Assembly (NCBI GenBank): GCA_963803805.1
Contig: CAWDOD010000007.1
Location: forward strand, 128,001 to 192,000
DNA length: 64,000 nucleotides
Direction of reading: 5' to 3'
Source: an uncultured cyanobacterium
GTDB taxonomy: Bacteria > Cyanobacteriota > Cyanobacteriia > Cyanobacteriales > CAWCAG01
Positions 41,686 through 52,049 of the stretch are shown piece by piece. The stretch's first letter is position 1. Every line of letters begins with the position of its first letter. The notes under the pieces are model-generated. The model was not told the DNA's origin. It saw nothing but the letters and a program-made list of their open reading frames with translations, and did no database searches. The translations under genes were made by a program, and so were the position numbers.

Positions 41686-43395
41686 CTATTCTCTCAAATT
41701 ACTGAACCGAAGACTAATAAAGCTAAAAGCAATGAAAATGAAAATGCTTAAAATACTAAGTAAGATACCTGCTTTAAAAACTTTCGTTTTTTGATATTTT
41801 AACTCTACTAAATGTGAACCTGATTCTAGATTTATACCCATAGTTCCATCTGGCAAAACCTCAATATTCTCAGGCTTATCATCAACATACAAACTCCAGG
41901 CTGGGTAGTAGTAAGTCCTAACTTTAAGTAAAGATTTTTCTTCTACATTGACTTGAATTAATCTTTGATAGCTAGCCCATTGGCTAATTTGAAAATCCCC
42001 TTCACCCTCAACAAAACTAACTTTAGGTTGGGCTATTTTTGGATAAGGAGCATGATTACCATCTTCTAATAAAGGAACATACTCAGGTACATCAACTAAT
42101 TTTTCTGTGTAGGGATCATAAAGTGCTGTTTCAATCCATTCACGTAGAGGAATTTTTCCCTCTCCTGGGCTATTGATGGCAGGAAATCTACGAGTCATTT
42201 CGTAACCAAAATGGAAGTTAGCAAAAATGATTGTCAGGATTAATACTACAGGAAAAAGTGTGTAACGTAAGCGAAGATTCAAAATCCCTTTTACCGCTAA
42301 GCCACATAGGGCAGCTTCTCCAAAATAGAATAGAAAGCCAAGTCTCCAAGAAGTTTGTACTCGTTGTAAAGTTTCACTTAAGCTCCAAACTGGCCAAGAC
42401 CATTCGCTAATAAAAAATAATACTATTAAGATATAAATTAGCCAAAACCAGGTTTGCTTAGCTATGTCTTTATTTTTAGAAGAAACAATTAAACAAATTA
42501 TGACAAAAGCAGTAATTGCTAATAATTGCTTAAAAATAATATCAGATAGCCCGCCACTAAGCATTTGGGAAATATCAAGCATTTTTTCTTGAAATGTTCC
42601 CCTAGAAGTTTTCATATACTCAACATTAACCCAAGACTTCTCTAATGTTGCTGGTAAAAGGTATAAAGAAACTAAGCCAAAACCAATGGCTGTAGTTAAA
42701 CCAGTTAAGATAATAGACTGCCAATTCTTGTTTCTAGTAATAAAGCCTAAATACACAAACCAAGCTATTGTATAAAGCAGTAGACTAGGAACATGAGTTA
42801 GGGCTAATATAGACCAGAAAATGCAAAGAGGAATTCTCCACTTTGCTTCATGAATAGCCCTATTTGTTAAGTAAAGCCCTAAAGGGATTAAAGGTGCAGA
42901 AAATAAAAAAGCCAGAGTTCCCCCGTTAAGAAGAGCAAAGATTCCAGGGCAAGTCATGTAACACAAAGCCCCGATAAAAGAAGGAATTTGCTCCCATTGA
43001 TGACGAGCAAAAATATAAAACGTCAAACCAGATAAGAAAATGGCGCTCGAAAAAAGAATAGCCAAGGTTTGATCAATATTTAAGCCCAAAAGTTTTAAGG
43101 CTGAACCCAGGTAATAAACCAGAGGCGGATAGAAAACAAAGGTAGGGCTACCGTAACCATAATTTGTACCAGCAAGCCAGCGAGGATACCAGATGCCCTC
43201 ACCTAGTTGACTAGAGAAATGCTGAATCCAGGTAATATGCCATCTAAAATCACCTAAACCGCTAATTCCATAGCGTATCATGCGGAGATTGATGAGGATG
43301 GTTGCTAATATTAAACCTATAATGAGGATAGCTTCAATTAAGTAGGTTTTACGGATTGAGTATTGTTGGAATAGAGTTAGTAAATTAGAGTTCAT
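41686..43395 (-). CDS. polytopic membrane protein, YfhO/GT-C-like (annotated family 'PTPS-related membrane protein')
   Basis: About 12 TMs, 'WYPRWL..NYGYGSPTFVFYPPL', C-terminal 'YYPAW'. Confidence 0.8.
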   Translation of the reverse strand: MNSNLLTLFQQYSIRKTYLIEAILIIGLILATILINLRMIRYGISGLGDFRWHITWIQHFSSQLGEGIWYPRWLAGTNYGYGSPTFVFYPPLVYYLGSALKLLGLNIDQTLAILFSSAIFLSGLTFYIFARHQWEQIPSFIGALCYMTCPGIFALLNGGTLAFLFSAPLIPLGLYLTNRAIHEAKWRIPLCIFWSILALTHVPSLLLYTIAWFVYLGFITRNKNWQSIILTGLTTAIGFGLVSLYLLPATLEKSWVNVEYMKTSRGTFQEKMLDISQMLSGGLSDIIFKQLLAITAFVIICLIVSSKNKDIAKQTWFWLIYILIVLFFISEWSWPVWSLSETLQRVQTSWRLGFLFYFGEAALCGLAVKGILNLRLRYTLFPVVLILTIIFANFHFGYEMTRRFPAINSPGEGKIPLREWIETALYDPYTEKLVDVPEYVPLLEDGNHAPYPKIAQPKVSFVEGEGDFQISQWASYQRLIQVNVEEKSLLKVRTYYYPAWSLYVDDKPENIEVLPDGTMGINLESGSHLVELKYQKTKVFKAGILLSILSIFIFIAFSFISLRFSNLRE

Positions 43396-43552
43396 AGAAG
43401 TAAACTTTCTTCGTTCCTGCCATGAGAATTAGGAAGATGATTCAAAAAAATTCTAGCTACATTTTCGGTTTATCTACGTTTTAAAATTATAAAATTAATT
43501 CAGCTTAGCACCATCGTAGTGCCTTGTTTTACTATCAATCTAGTGAAATTGT

Positions 43553-44164
43553 TCACTCTGTCATTTCCAATAGTCCTTTATAAAAAACTTGAAAACTCGG
43601 AGAACTATTATTTTGAGGCATCATGAATTGAGAAATTTCTCTAGCTGCTTTAACTTTTTCTAAACCACCTTTATGGTAACCAGCCTTTTGTAAAACTCGC
43701 TCCAAGGCTTCCCAAGTTCCACCTGTGATTTCATCAGGTTTTCTGAAGTTAGCTTGTTGTCCTAAATGAGGAGAAACTTTAGAATAAGCAGAAACAATAG
43801 CGTTAACATCACCAAAGAACCAAGCTTCAAGTTCTTCTATAGCAATTCTATTTAATAATTGAAATGTCTTCAAGTCTTTACTTGTTGATTTAGTAATAAA
43901 TCCTGCTTCTGTCGCAATATTTTCTAATTTACTTTTTAATTCTTGACAACTTTGCCCATCTCTATTTATGAGAATAATGATTCTATAATATTCAGGAATC
44001 CAAGCTTTATAACCTTTTAAGCGATTAGGCAACTTAGTAAGTAAATCATACTTCCCTCGAAAATTGTGAATTTTATAAGTTATTTTTGGATTTAATATTT
44101 TAGGTAAAAGTTGCCCCAAGCATTCTTTCGCAGAAAATTCTTCGACTAAAAATTCAAGATGCAC
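43553..44164 (-). CDS. DUF4276-like / TOPRIM-like protein
   Basis: N-terminal 'FLVEEFS' acidic motif, 'INRD', 'IAIEELEAWF', 'SPSFQ'; directly downstream of an ABC-type ATPase. Confidence 0.75.
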   Translation of the reverse strand: MHLEFLVEEFSAKECLGQLLPKILNPKITYKIHNFRGKYDLLTKLPNRLKGYKAWIPEYYRIIILINRDGQSCQELKSKLENIATEAGFITKSTSKDLKTFQLLNRIAIEELEAWFFGDVNAIVSAYSKVSPHLGQQANFRKPDEITGGTWEALERVLQKAGYHKGGLEKVKAAREISQFMMPQNNSSPSFQVFYKGLLEMTE

Positions 44165-44196
44165 TTTTTGCTTTTTCCTCTTCTTTGATATTTCAA

Positions 44197-45384
44197 TTAA
44201 CTACTAGGATTACCAACATCAAAATAATCTTCCATCCATAATTGACCTAACAAAGCACCGTTTTGGATGAATTCTTTAATTCCTGACATCTCTGAAGTTT
44301 TCTTAGCTTGAGTAAAACCCTTTTCATCGCGGTAAAGTACCCAAACTTCCTCTGGTTGCAAACCATCAACAAAAAACGGAGAATGGGTTGTTACCATCAA
44401 TTGTGTATTAGCTGAAGCCGCACGACATTCTTCTGCTAATTCAAGTAATAAGCGAGGATGAAGATGATTTTCTGGCTCTTCTATTCCCACTAGTTGCGGA
44501 GGATATGGATCGTATAATAAAGTTAAATAAGCTAACATTTTTAATGTTCCATCAGAAGCAAACTTTGCTAAGATTGGACTTAAAAAAGGTGCATCTTTAA
44601 TTTGTAGTAAAAGTTGGCCGTTAGGCATTATAGATGCTTCAACTTTTTCAAGTTTAGGAATGCGACGCGAAAGAGTTTGGAGGATTTCTTGTAATCGCTC
44701 AGAATGATCTTCTTTGAGATATTGAATTACATTAGGTAAATTATCTCCTGTGGGGGATAACCTTTCTTGCGCTCCGGCTTCAGGTTGAGTACGAGTTTGA
44801 TCTGCGGTTAAATAGGATAAATACCAACCTGTAATGAAGCGACGTAAAGCGCTAACCCTTGGATGTTTAGCGAATTGCCCCAAGGTACTTACTGCTAGAA
44901 ATTCTGGTGATTCTAATTGTTCAGAAATACGCTCATCTTCTTGATCCGGTTCTTCACCACTGATAACTTTTCCTTCCCCTTCTTTAAAATCCAAAAAGCG
45001 AAAAGGCTTTCCTGTTTTACCCCGTCGCCAATGTAACCATTCTTCGGCAACATGAGGACGATTATTACGTTCATCAATGGCTAAATGATAGGTAATTAAA
45101 GGTGATTTTGCTCTTTCTCTATATTTTAATTCAATAATAATACAACCTTCTTCTCCTCTAGTTCTTAACTCTCTAAATCTTCCTCGTCTATCCCACGCTT
45201 TTTTTAGACCAAAAGTAAAACATTCAGAGAGAAAAGCAAAGACATCAAAGATAGTCGATTTTCCGCTTCCGTTAGGACCAAGAAATACAGTCAAAGGAGT
45301 TATTTTCTTTAACTCAAGATTATGCAAAGCACGGTAATTTTGTACGTGTAAGTATTCAATTCTAGGGATAGATAATTTAGCCAT
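44197..45384 (-). CDS. AAA_21/AbiEii-like soluble ABC ATPase
   Basis: Walker [10 protein letters not shown], signature 'ASDGT', Walker B '[10 protein letters not shown]', H-loop 'TTHSP'. Confidence 0.9.
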   Translation of the reverse strand: MAKLSIPRIEYLHVQNYRALHNLELKKITPLTVFLGPNGSGKSTIFDVFAFLSECFTFGLKKAWDRRGRFRELRTRGEEGCIIIELKYRERAKSPLITYHLAIDERNNRPHVAEEWLHWRRGKTGKPFRFLDFKEGEGKVISGEEPDQEDERISEQLESPEFLAVSTLGQFAKHPRVSALRRFITGWYLSYLTADQTRTQPEAGAQERLSPTGDNLPNVIQYLKEDHSERLQEILQTLSRRIPKLEKVEASIMPNGQLLLQIKDAPFLSPILAKFASDGTLKMLAYLTLLYDPYPPQLVGIEEPENHLHPRLLLELAEECRAASANTQLMVTTHSPFFVDGLQPEEVWVLYRDEKGFTQAKKTSEMSGIKEFIQNGALLGQLWMEDYFDVGNPSS

Positions 45385-45441
45385 AACTTTAAGTCTTTTA
45401 TAGGTTTAATTGGCTTTTTGCCCTGATGCAATTTCAACCCT

Positions 45442-46884
45442 TTACTTAGTAGTTTCTACTCGCTGAGTCAACAGTGCAGCAATAAATAGAAATCCTCCAC
45501 CAATAACCACTGCAATCAGGCGATTATCATGGAGGAGATTTTCCATTACCCAACCGAAACCTAAAGAAACCAAGATTTCTGGTAAGACAATAAAAAAGTT
45601 AAAAATGCCCATATAAATACCGCTACGTTCTGGGGGTAAGCAACCAACTAACATTGCATAAGGCATTGCTAAAATACTTGACCAAGCAATACCAACACCA
45701 AGCATTGGTAATAGTAACCAATACTGATTATCAATAAAAGCTAAAGAGATTAAACCCACCGCACCACACATTAAACAAATTCCGTGAGTCACCTTACGAT
45801 CTGTCACCTTTGCTAAACGGGGTAACAGAAAAGAACAACCCATACAAACAAAGTTATAAGCAGCAATACAAACTCCCGCCCATTCAATTCCCTCTGCATA
45901 AAGGGTATCAGCTTGGCTAGGTGCAGCGAAGATATTACGGGCTACAGCAGGAGGAAAATAGAGAAAAAAGCAATACATCCCTAACCAAGTAAAGCACTGT
46001 ACCCAAGCGAGTTGAGCCATTTTTGGGGGCATATCTTGCCAAGCAGAAATTATATCTTGGAAAGTATCTAAAAATCCGTTCCGCTTATTTTGTTCTTTTT
46101 GGAAGGCCCGCATATTTTCTGGCGGATGTTCCTTTGTCGTTAATACCGTCCAGAGAACACTTCCTAAGAAGACTGCACCCCCAGCATAAAAGGATAACTC
46201 TACTGTTAAAGGAATAGCTTTCTCGGCGCTACTAGTACCAGAAATCTCAAAAACATGGTTCAAAATCCAAGGTAAAGAGGAAGCAGAAACCGTCCCCAAA
46301 CCGATAAACAGACTTTGCATAGCGAAGCCTTTAGTACGCTGGTTTGCGGGTAACAAGTCCCCCACAAAGGCGCGGAAGGGTTCCATACTGACATTAGCGG
46401 AGGTGTCTAATAGCCAAAGTAGTCCGGCTGCCATCCATAATGTGGAAGAGTGGGGCATTAAAACTAAAGCCAGGGAACTAAAAATTGCTCCGAATAAAAA
46501 ATAAGGTCTGCGCCTACCCAAAGGGCCCCAGGTATTATCACTCATACTCCCCACAATGGGCTGAATAACCAAACCTGTTATAGGGCCTGCAATCCAAAGG
46601 ATCGGGATTTGGTGTGCCTCTGCCCCAAGCTGTTCAAAAATGGCACTCATATTGGCCATTTGCAAGCCCCAACCAAATTGAATGCCAAGGAAGCCAAAAC
46701 TCATATTCCAAAGCTGCCAAAAGTTTAGCTTGGTATCTTCTGTTGCTAATTCAGGGGTTTTTTCTGAGTCTTCTAAAAGATTAAGGTTTCCTTCAATCTC
46801 AGTAGTGAGAGTATTTACCTGGTTTAAGATTGGTTCAACGATTTGGCTAACGGACTTCTCGTTCAGTTGTTCTTCGCTGGGCAT
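45442..46884 (-). CDS. MFS sugar transporter (maltose/sucrose GPH-like)
   Basis: 'WNMSFGFLGIQFGW', 'GRRRPY', 'MEPFRAFVGD', 'GIYMGIFNFFIVLP'. Confidence 0.88.
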   Translation of the reverse strand: MPSEEQLNEKSVSQIVEPILNQVNTLTTEIEGNLNLLEDSEKTPELATEDTKLNFWQLWNMSFGFLGIQFGWGLQMANMSAIFEQLGAEAHQIPILWIAGPITGLVIQPIVGSMSDNTWGPLGRRRPYFLFGAIFSSLALVLMPHSSTLWMAAGLLWLLDTSANVSMEPFRAFVGDLLPANQRTKGFAMQSLFIGLGTVSASSLPWILNHVFEISGTSSAEKAIPLTVELSFYAGGAVFLGSVLWTVLTTKEHPPENMRAFQKEQNKRNGFLDTFQDIISAWQDMPPKMAQLAWVQCFTWLGMYCFFLYFPPAVARNIFAAPSQADTLYAEGIEWAGVCIAAYNFVCMGCSFLLPRLAKVTDRKVTHGICLMCGAVGLISLAFIDNQYWLLLPMLGVGIAWSSILAMPYAMLVGCLPPERSGIYMGIFNFFIVLPEILVSLGFGWVMENLLHDNRLIAVVIGGGFLFIAALLTQRVETTK

Positions 46885-47225
46885 ATGCTAAGGTGATGAG
46901 CTACTAAATATTTATAGGTTGCCTTGTTTAGAGCAGTTGACAAGGTTCGTTGTAGTTGTTGTGCTGAGAAGCTTTGAGGTTGATTGCCAAACAACAATTG
47001 TCCTCCGTTGAGATGCACCCTTTCTTGTCAGGACTCATAGGTTGTTAGTAAATTAGGAAATATGTTACCTATTATTACATTCAATTCTCAAAGACTCGCG
47101 TACTCAGCCTCTTTAAATATCTGTCTCTTGAAATATCTGTAGCCGAGAGCAAGGACAGACGATTGAATTGATTAAAATAGGCTCTAACTTTTTCCTACTA
47201 CCCACTCCCTTCTCAATTGATAAAT

Positions 47226-49079
47226 ATGCCAGAATCGACTTCCTTACGCGATCGCTACTTACAACTAATCGACGATATTGTTGATATTACCTTGCAAGGA
47301 AAAATCCGCTCCAAAGAGCAAGTATATAGAATGCTTGTCAAAGGAATTAGTGGCGGTACGGGGGAAATTTTTGAACGTTGTTTGCAAGAGCGTTTAGAAG
47401 CCACAGAAGCCCAGTTAGAGGTTAAGCTAAAGGCTACCCGCGTTATGAGGGCTTTACAGACGATTCAGGGGCAGTGGGAACGGTGGCAAAAGGAAAATCA
47501 AGACCAAGAAGGAGTAAATGCTGCTGTTAAGCAAATTGCCTCAGCAGAAAGTCAGACGCGGTTACAGGAATTGTTAGCCGTAGTTGATCCTAATCGCAAT
47601 CAGGTTTTATCTCCAGAACAACTAAAGCACTTAGCTAAGAATTTGCGACAGGAAGGAGAATCTGAGGTTGAAAGCAGTACAGGGAGAGAATTACAGCAAA
47701 TAGCTATAGGAATTGAGCGAGGTTTACAGAGTTTTTCTAGCTTAGAAGGGCATTTAATTAGTTGGATATATGAACAGAATCGAAGTCAGTTAGGGTTAGG
47801 GGATTTTCCCCAACAACGAGGCCCGTGGGCTTTTTGGAGTCAGAAAGTTACTAGCCCCTTACCCCAAAAGTTGTTTACCACCCTTGCCCACCAAAAATCC
47901 TTGGAAGAATTAACTCCTCAATTAAGGGAAGCGGATTTAGCAGCTTGGGTAGAATTAGCTTTAATGTTGCAATATGTGCAACGGGGTTTAGTTACTTGGT
48001 TTGATAAGCAACCCTATGATGGGAAAGCTGGTAAAAAGATATCTATTTCTACTCTGCTTACCTTTGCTTGGGTTTGGGCGCAATTATCCCAAGGTTTCGA
48101 TTATGGGGGAGATTTTATCTTTGCTCGTGCTTCATTTCAAATGATGTTGCAAATTTTGCGTAGCTTTTCTCAACGAGAAGATTTTCCTTTATATGGGGGA
48201 ATGTTTGCTTCTTTTCAAGGTAGTTATCTACAAGAAACTATCAACTACTTAGACCAACCCCTAAAACAAGTAGAAAAGACTCAAGAAAAAGCACGCATCT
48301 TAACTTTACTCGGCTATTCTACTGCAACTATGGGACGCTATGATAAAGCAGTTGAATTTTATCAAGAAGCCTTAGAAATTGCTCGTCAAGCTAAAGATAG
48401 TCCTTGTGAGGTTGCTAACCTGAATCATCTTAGTCGCACCTACGTAATCAAGCAAAATTATAGCGAAGCAATTAATTATAGCCAACGGGCTTTAATTATG
48501 GCTCGTCAAACAGGGGATCGCTTAGGAGAAGCTAATGCTTTAGCTAATTTGGGCTATAGTGAAGTCTTCTCGGCCAGACAAATTGAACGCCTTGAACCAG
48601 AGGTTTATGAAACTGCCATTAATTATTTAGAACAGGGTTTAGCCCAATCAGAAAAATTAGGCGACCACCAAAGTCAGGCTCTTTGTTTTAATAGTTTGGG
48701 TATTGCCTATGTGGTTTTAGAAAAACCTGCTACAGCAATTAGTTATTTAGAAAGAGGTATTCAAACCGCCCAAGTTTCTGGTGATTTATATTTACAAGGA
48801 CTTAATTTCACTTATTTAGCCGAAGCCCATCATAGTTTACAAGATGCAGGAAATGCTATTTATACAGGCTGTCTTGCTATGTACCTTTTAGAGCAAATTT
48901 CTTCACGGGAATGGCGACAAGCAGCAGGATTAATGACTATTTTACAAGGACATTTAGGAGAAGAAGTTTTTACTGAAAAGTTGGCACAACAACGCTCTAA
49001 AATTATTCCCATAATTGGGGTTGATGGTTATGATTATTTACCAGATTTATTGGTGAAATATAAAGAAGATAGAGACTAG
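47226..49079 (+). CDS. TPR-repeat protein
   Basis: C-terminal TPRs ('A..FYQEALEIARQ', 'GDRLGEANALANLG'). Confidence 0.85.
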   Translation: MPESTSLRDRYLQLIDDIVDITLQGKIRSKEQVYRMLVKGISGGTGEIFERCLQERLEATEAQLEVKLKATRVMRALQTIQGQWERWQKENQDQEGVNAAVKQIASAESQTRLQELLAVVDPNRNQVLSPEQLKHLAKNLRQEGESEVESSTGRELQQIAIGIERGLQSFSSLEGHLISWIYEQNRSQLGLGDFPQQRGPWAFWSQKVTSPLPQKLFTTLAHQKSLEELTPQLREADLAAWVELALMLQYVQRGLVTWFDKQPYDGKAGKKISISTLLTFAWVWAQLSQGFDYGGDFIFARASFQMMLQILRSFSQREDFPLYGGMFASFQGSYLQETINYLDQPLKQVEKTQEKARILTLLGYSTATMGRYDKAVEFYQEALEIARQAKDSPCEVANLNHLSRTYVIKQNYSEAINYSQRALIMARQTGDRLGEANALANLGYSEVFSARQIERLEPEVYETAINYLEQGLAQSEKLGDHQSQALCFNSLGIAYVVLEKPATAISYLERGIQTAQVSGDLYLQGLNFTYLAEAHHSLQDAGNAIYTGCLAMYLLEQISSREWRQAAGLMTILQGHLGEEVFTEKLAQQRSKIIPIIGVDGYDYLPDLLVKYKEDRD

Positions 49080-49307
49080 AATTAAGTAACAAGTAAGCAG
49101 AAAAAAAGAAAATCGAAGCCCAAGGTATTTCAGACTCTCAAAAAATCATTTCTCAAGGTTGAACGGAGGAAATTTTAAAACTAAAATCTATTGAAGCAAC
49201 TCAAAAGTTAGCCGAATGTCAAAATAGTAAAGTTATTATTGTTGGTGGTGGAGAAAATGATTTGCAATTAACTTTACCAGAATAATAGTTACTTAGTAGT
49301 AATAAAG

Positions 49308-50018
49308 ATGGCTGATATCATTGACTATAAAATTTACGGCGACTCCTTGCAATTAGTAGAAATTGAACTTGATCCTGGTGAAGGAGTTCAAGCAGAAGTG
49401 GGTACTATGACCTATATGGAAGATGGTATCCAAATGCAAACCTCCACAGGCGGGGGTTTGTTCTCTGGTTTTAAACGGATGATTACTGGAGAAAGTTTCT
49501 TTATTACTACCTTCGCTAATGGAGGGAGAGGTAAAGCCAGGGTGGGTTTTTCTGCCACTTGTCCAGGGCAAATTATTCCCCTTGATTTAGGTAGGTTGGG
49601 AGGAAGATTTTTGTGTCAAAAAGATGCTTTTCTTTGTGCTGCTAACGGCACAGATATTAACGTTGCTTTTACTAAGCGTCTTGGTACAGGTTTCTTTGGT
49701 GGTGAAGGTTTTATCTTACAAGAATTAAGGGGAGATGGCTTGGCATTTGTCCATGCTGGGGGGGCAATTATTGAAAAGAATCTTGTCCCAGGACAATCTT
49801 TACGGGTAGATACTGGTTGTTTAGTGGCTTTTGCACCTTCTGTTAACTACGATATTCAATTTGTCGGTGGTTTTCGCAATGCTTTATTTGGGGGAGAAGG
49901 TTTGTTTTTAGCTAGGCTACAAGGGCCAGGTACTGTTTATTTACAAAGTTTACCTTTCTCACGCTTAGCAGAAAGAATTACCTCAACAATGACTATTCCT
50001 ACTGTTAGTAATGAGTAG
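49308..50018 (+). CDS. AIM24/TIGR00266 family protein
   Basis: 'TGESFF', '[10 protein letters not shown]', 'LFGGEGLF', 'LQSLPFSRL'. Confidence 0.9.
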   Translation: MADIIDYKIYGDSLQLVEIELDPGEGVQAEVGTMTYMEDGIQMQTSTGGGLFSGFKRMITGESFFITTFANGGRGKARVGFSATCPGQIIPLDLGRLGGRFLCQKDAFLCAANGTDINVAFTKRLGTGFFGGEGFILQELRGDGLAFVHAGGAIIEKNLVPGQSLRVDTGCLVAFAPSVNYDIQFVGGFRNALFGGEGLFLARLQGPGTVYLQSLPFSRLAERITSTMTIPTVSNE

Positions 50019-50074
50019 GGAGATGGGGGAAAGCAATAAGTAAAGAACATACTGTTTACTTTCCCTCTGACTCA

Positions 50075-50995
50075 TTAATTCCGATGATTATCCTCAATAT
50101 GAACCCTCGTATTTGCCCACATCAACTTCTCCCTAATAATTTGATAAAAAGAATAATTTTCCCGTAAAACAATAAAGTGACTGCGACAATCTGCCATACG
50201 TACTGCAACCCTTTGTCCCGGCAAAATTCTGGTTGCTAAAGCCCCATCTGTCCAGAGAGTATTATTAAGTTCATAACTTCCTAATGGCCAAATATCGACA
50301 ACACAACCGGGGGGAAGGACTAAGGTACGACTAGAAAGACTGAGAGGACAAATAGGTGTTACTGCGATCGCCTCCATACCAGAATGGAGAATTGGACCAT
50401 TAGCAGAAACAGTATATCCTGTAGAACCTGTTGGAGTAGAAACAATCAAGCCATCGCCGTGATATTGATCAACAATTTCTCCATCTACTTCCATCTCTAA
50501 AATTGAAGTGTGCATTCTATCAATACTTGCGGGTTTAACGCACATTTCATTAAGGGCTAAGAAGCGATCGCTAACAGGTTCGAGGTTGTGGCGATTGCCT
50601 TCAAATATCTGTGCTTGTAGCATCATACGGCGTTGTACCGCATAGAGGTCTTTTTTTAAACGAGTCCAAACTTCTTCTGTATCTTTAAATAATTCAAAAG
50701 ATTCTGAGAGAAACCCTAAATGCCCTCCCACATTGACCCCTAAAATAGGAATACCTTCCGGGGCTAAATGTCTTGCCGCAGAAAGGATTGTCCCATCTCC
50801 ACCCAAAACTACTGCCAGGTCAATTTTGCTACTAGAAGAAGCAAGAAATACTGGGTAAGGATTATCTTGAACACCGCTTGGTCCTAATAAAACGTGGCAT
50901 TGACGTTGTTCCAACTGACGAGCGCATTTTTCAGCCCAAGAGCGACTTTGAGAGTCTCCTGCTTTATGGGCAATAATAACTTGTTTGAGCTGCAC
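50075..50995 (-). CDS. nadK: NAD+ kinase
   Basis: 'LGGDGT', 'GHLGFL', 'LNE', 'GDGLIVSTPTGSTGY'. Confidence 0.95.
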   Translation of the reverse strand: MQLKQVIIAHKAGDSQSRSWAEKCARQLEQRQCHVLLGPSGVQDNPYPVFLASSSSKIDLAVVLGGDGTILSAARHLAPEGIPILGVNVGGHLGFLSESFELFKDTEEVWTRLKKDLYAVQRRMMLQAQIFEGNRHNLEPVSDRFLALNEMCVKPASIDRMHTSILEMEVDGEIVDQYHGDGLIVSTPTGSTGYTVSANGPILHSGMEAIAVTPICPLSLSSRTLVLPPGCVVDIWPLGSYELNNTLWTDGALATRILPGQRVAVRMADCRSHFIVLRENYSFYQIIREKLMWANTRVHIEDNHRN

Positions 50996-51053
50996 AGTAG
51001 CTCCTTTTGAAGGTAATTATCCATTATCCATTATTAATTACTAAAAACCGTTT

Positions 51054-51698
51054 CTATGTTTCAAGCTCAATACTCTGAATACTTTTTTCAAAATCTGGCA
51101 ACCGCTGCTCAAATTCTTCAGCAGTGGTAGAGTAAGTGACTAACCAAAAAGTTTCGCCATCTTGTAAGACATAAAATAATTGTTTAATTTGCGTACCATT
51201 CTTCTGTGCCTCAGCTAAGATTCGTCCTGCTTTATGTCCATCAATAGCAGTTATTCTTTCTTCTTGAATTTCGTATGCTGGGGTAATTTGTTCTTTAGCA
51301 ATTTCTAGGTAATCTTGTACGGTAAGTTCTTCATCTAACTTCTCTGGACGAACATTGATACTTGTAACTCCCTGTCTAGGGGTTGAGCGAGTATCAAACG
51401 CTAAAAGAGCTACTGCCCCAGGGTTTTGTTTGAGGAGTTCAAGGTTATTTTGAGAATCAGGGGCGACGGTTTTCAGTTGTTCTTCTAAGACATTAATATC
51501 GGTACTAGGATTACCCCCTTCAAAGCTAGGAGGTAAGTTTAAAGTAATACCTTCACCTTGAACTTTTTTCCAATTTGTTTGCGTCCTTTGGTCAGAGGAG
51601 TTAACTTCCTGTTGTTTCGTCACCTCCGCCTCACCACAAGCGAAAATGCTACCACTCAAAAACAAAAAGATGAAAGCAGACTGAATTCTAAACATCAT
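51054..51698 (-). CDS. lipoprotein, PsbP/DcrB-like fold
   Basis: Lipobox 'IFAC', C-terminal 'FEKSIQSI'. Confidence 0.65.
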   Translation of the reverse strand: MMFRIQSAFIFLFLSGSIFACGEAEVTKQQEVNSSDQRTQTNWKKVQGEGITLNLPPSFEGGNPSTDINVLEEQLKTVAPDSQNNLELLKQNPGAVALLAFDTRSTPRQGVTSINVRPEKLDEELTVQDYLEIAKEQITPAYEIQEERITAIDGHKAGRILAEAQKNGTQIKQLFYVLQDGETFWLVTYSTTAEEFEQRLPDFEKSIQSIELET

Positions 51699-52049
51699 TA
51701 GATGAAGGTTTCCTAACTATGTTCTTAAGTCTATACGAACTTATACTGATAGGATACCCAGTTACTGACTATTTTGCATAAATAATATCCGTATCTTGCA
51801 TCAAAGAATACTTAGGCTAACTTACTAATAAACCCCTGACCTCTGAATTGACACACCACTAGGTAAACAGAGACGGCGGGGAAGCAGTAAGCAGCAAGTT
51901 TTGAACATACTTAATACCTAACGGCAACGCTTCGCGCTCACAAACCGTCTTCGCTGCGGAGAACCCTGTTTCCCTATTTCCTAGTTTGATAATATGTAGT
52001 TTAAAGGCACATCTTAATAAATGTGTTCATAAAAAATTGACAGGTAGAG

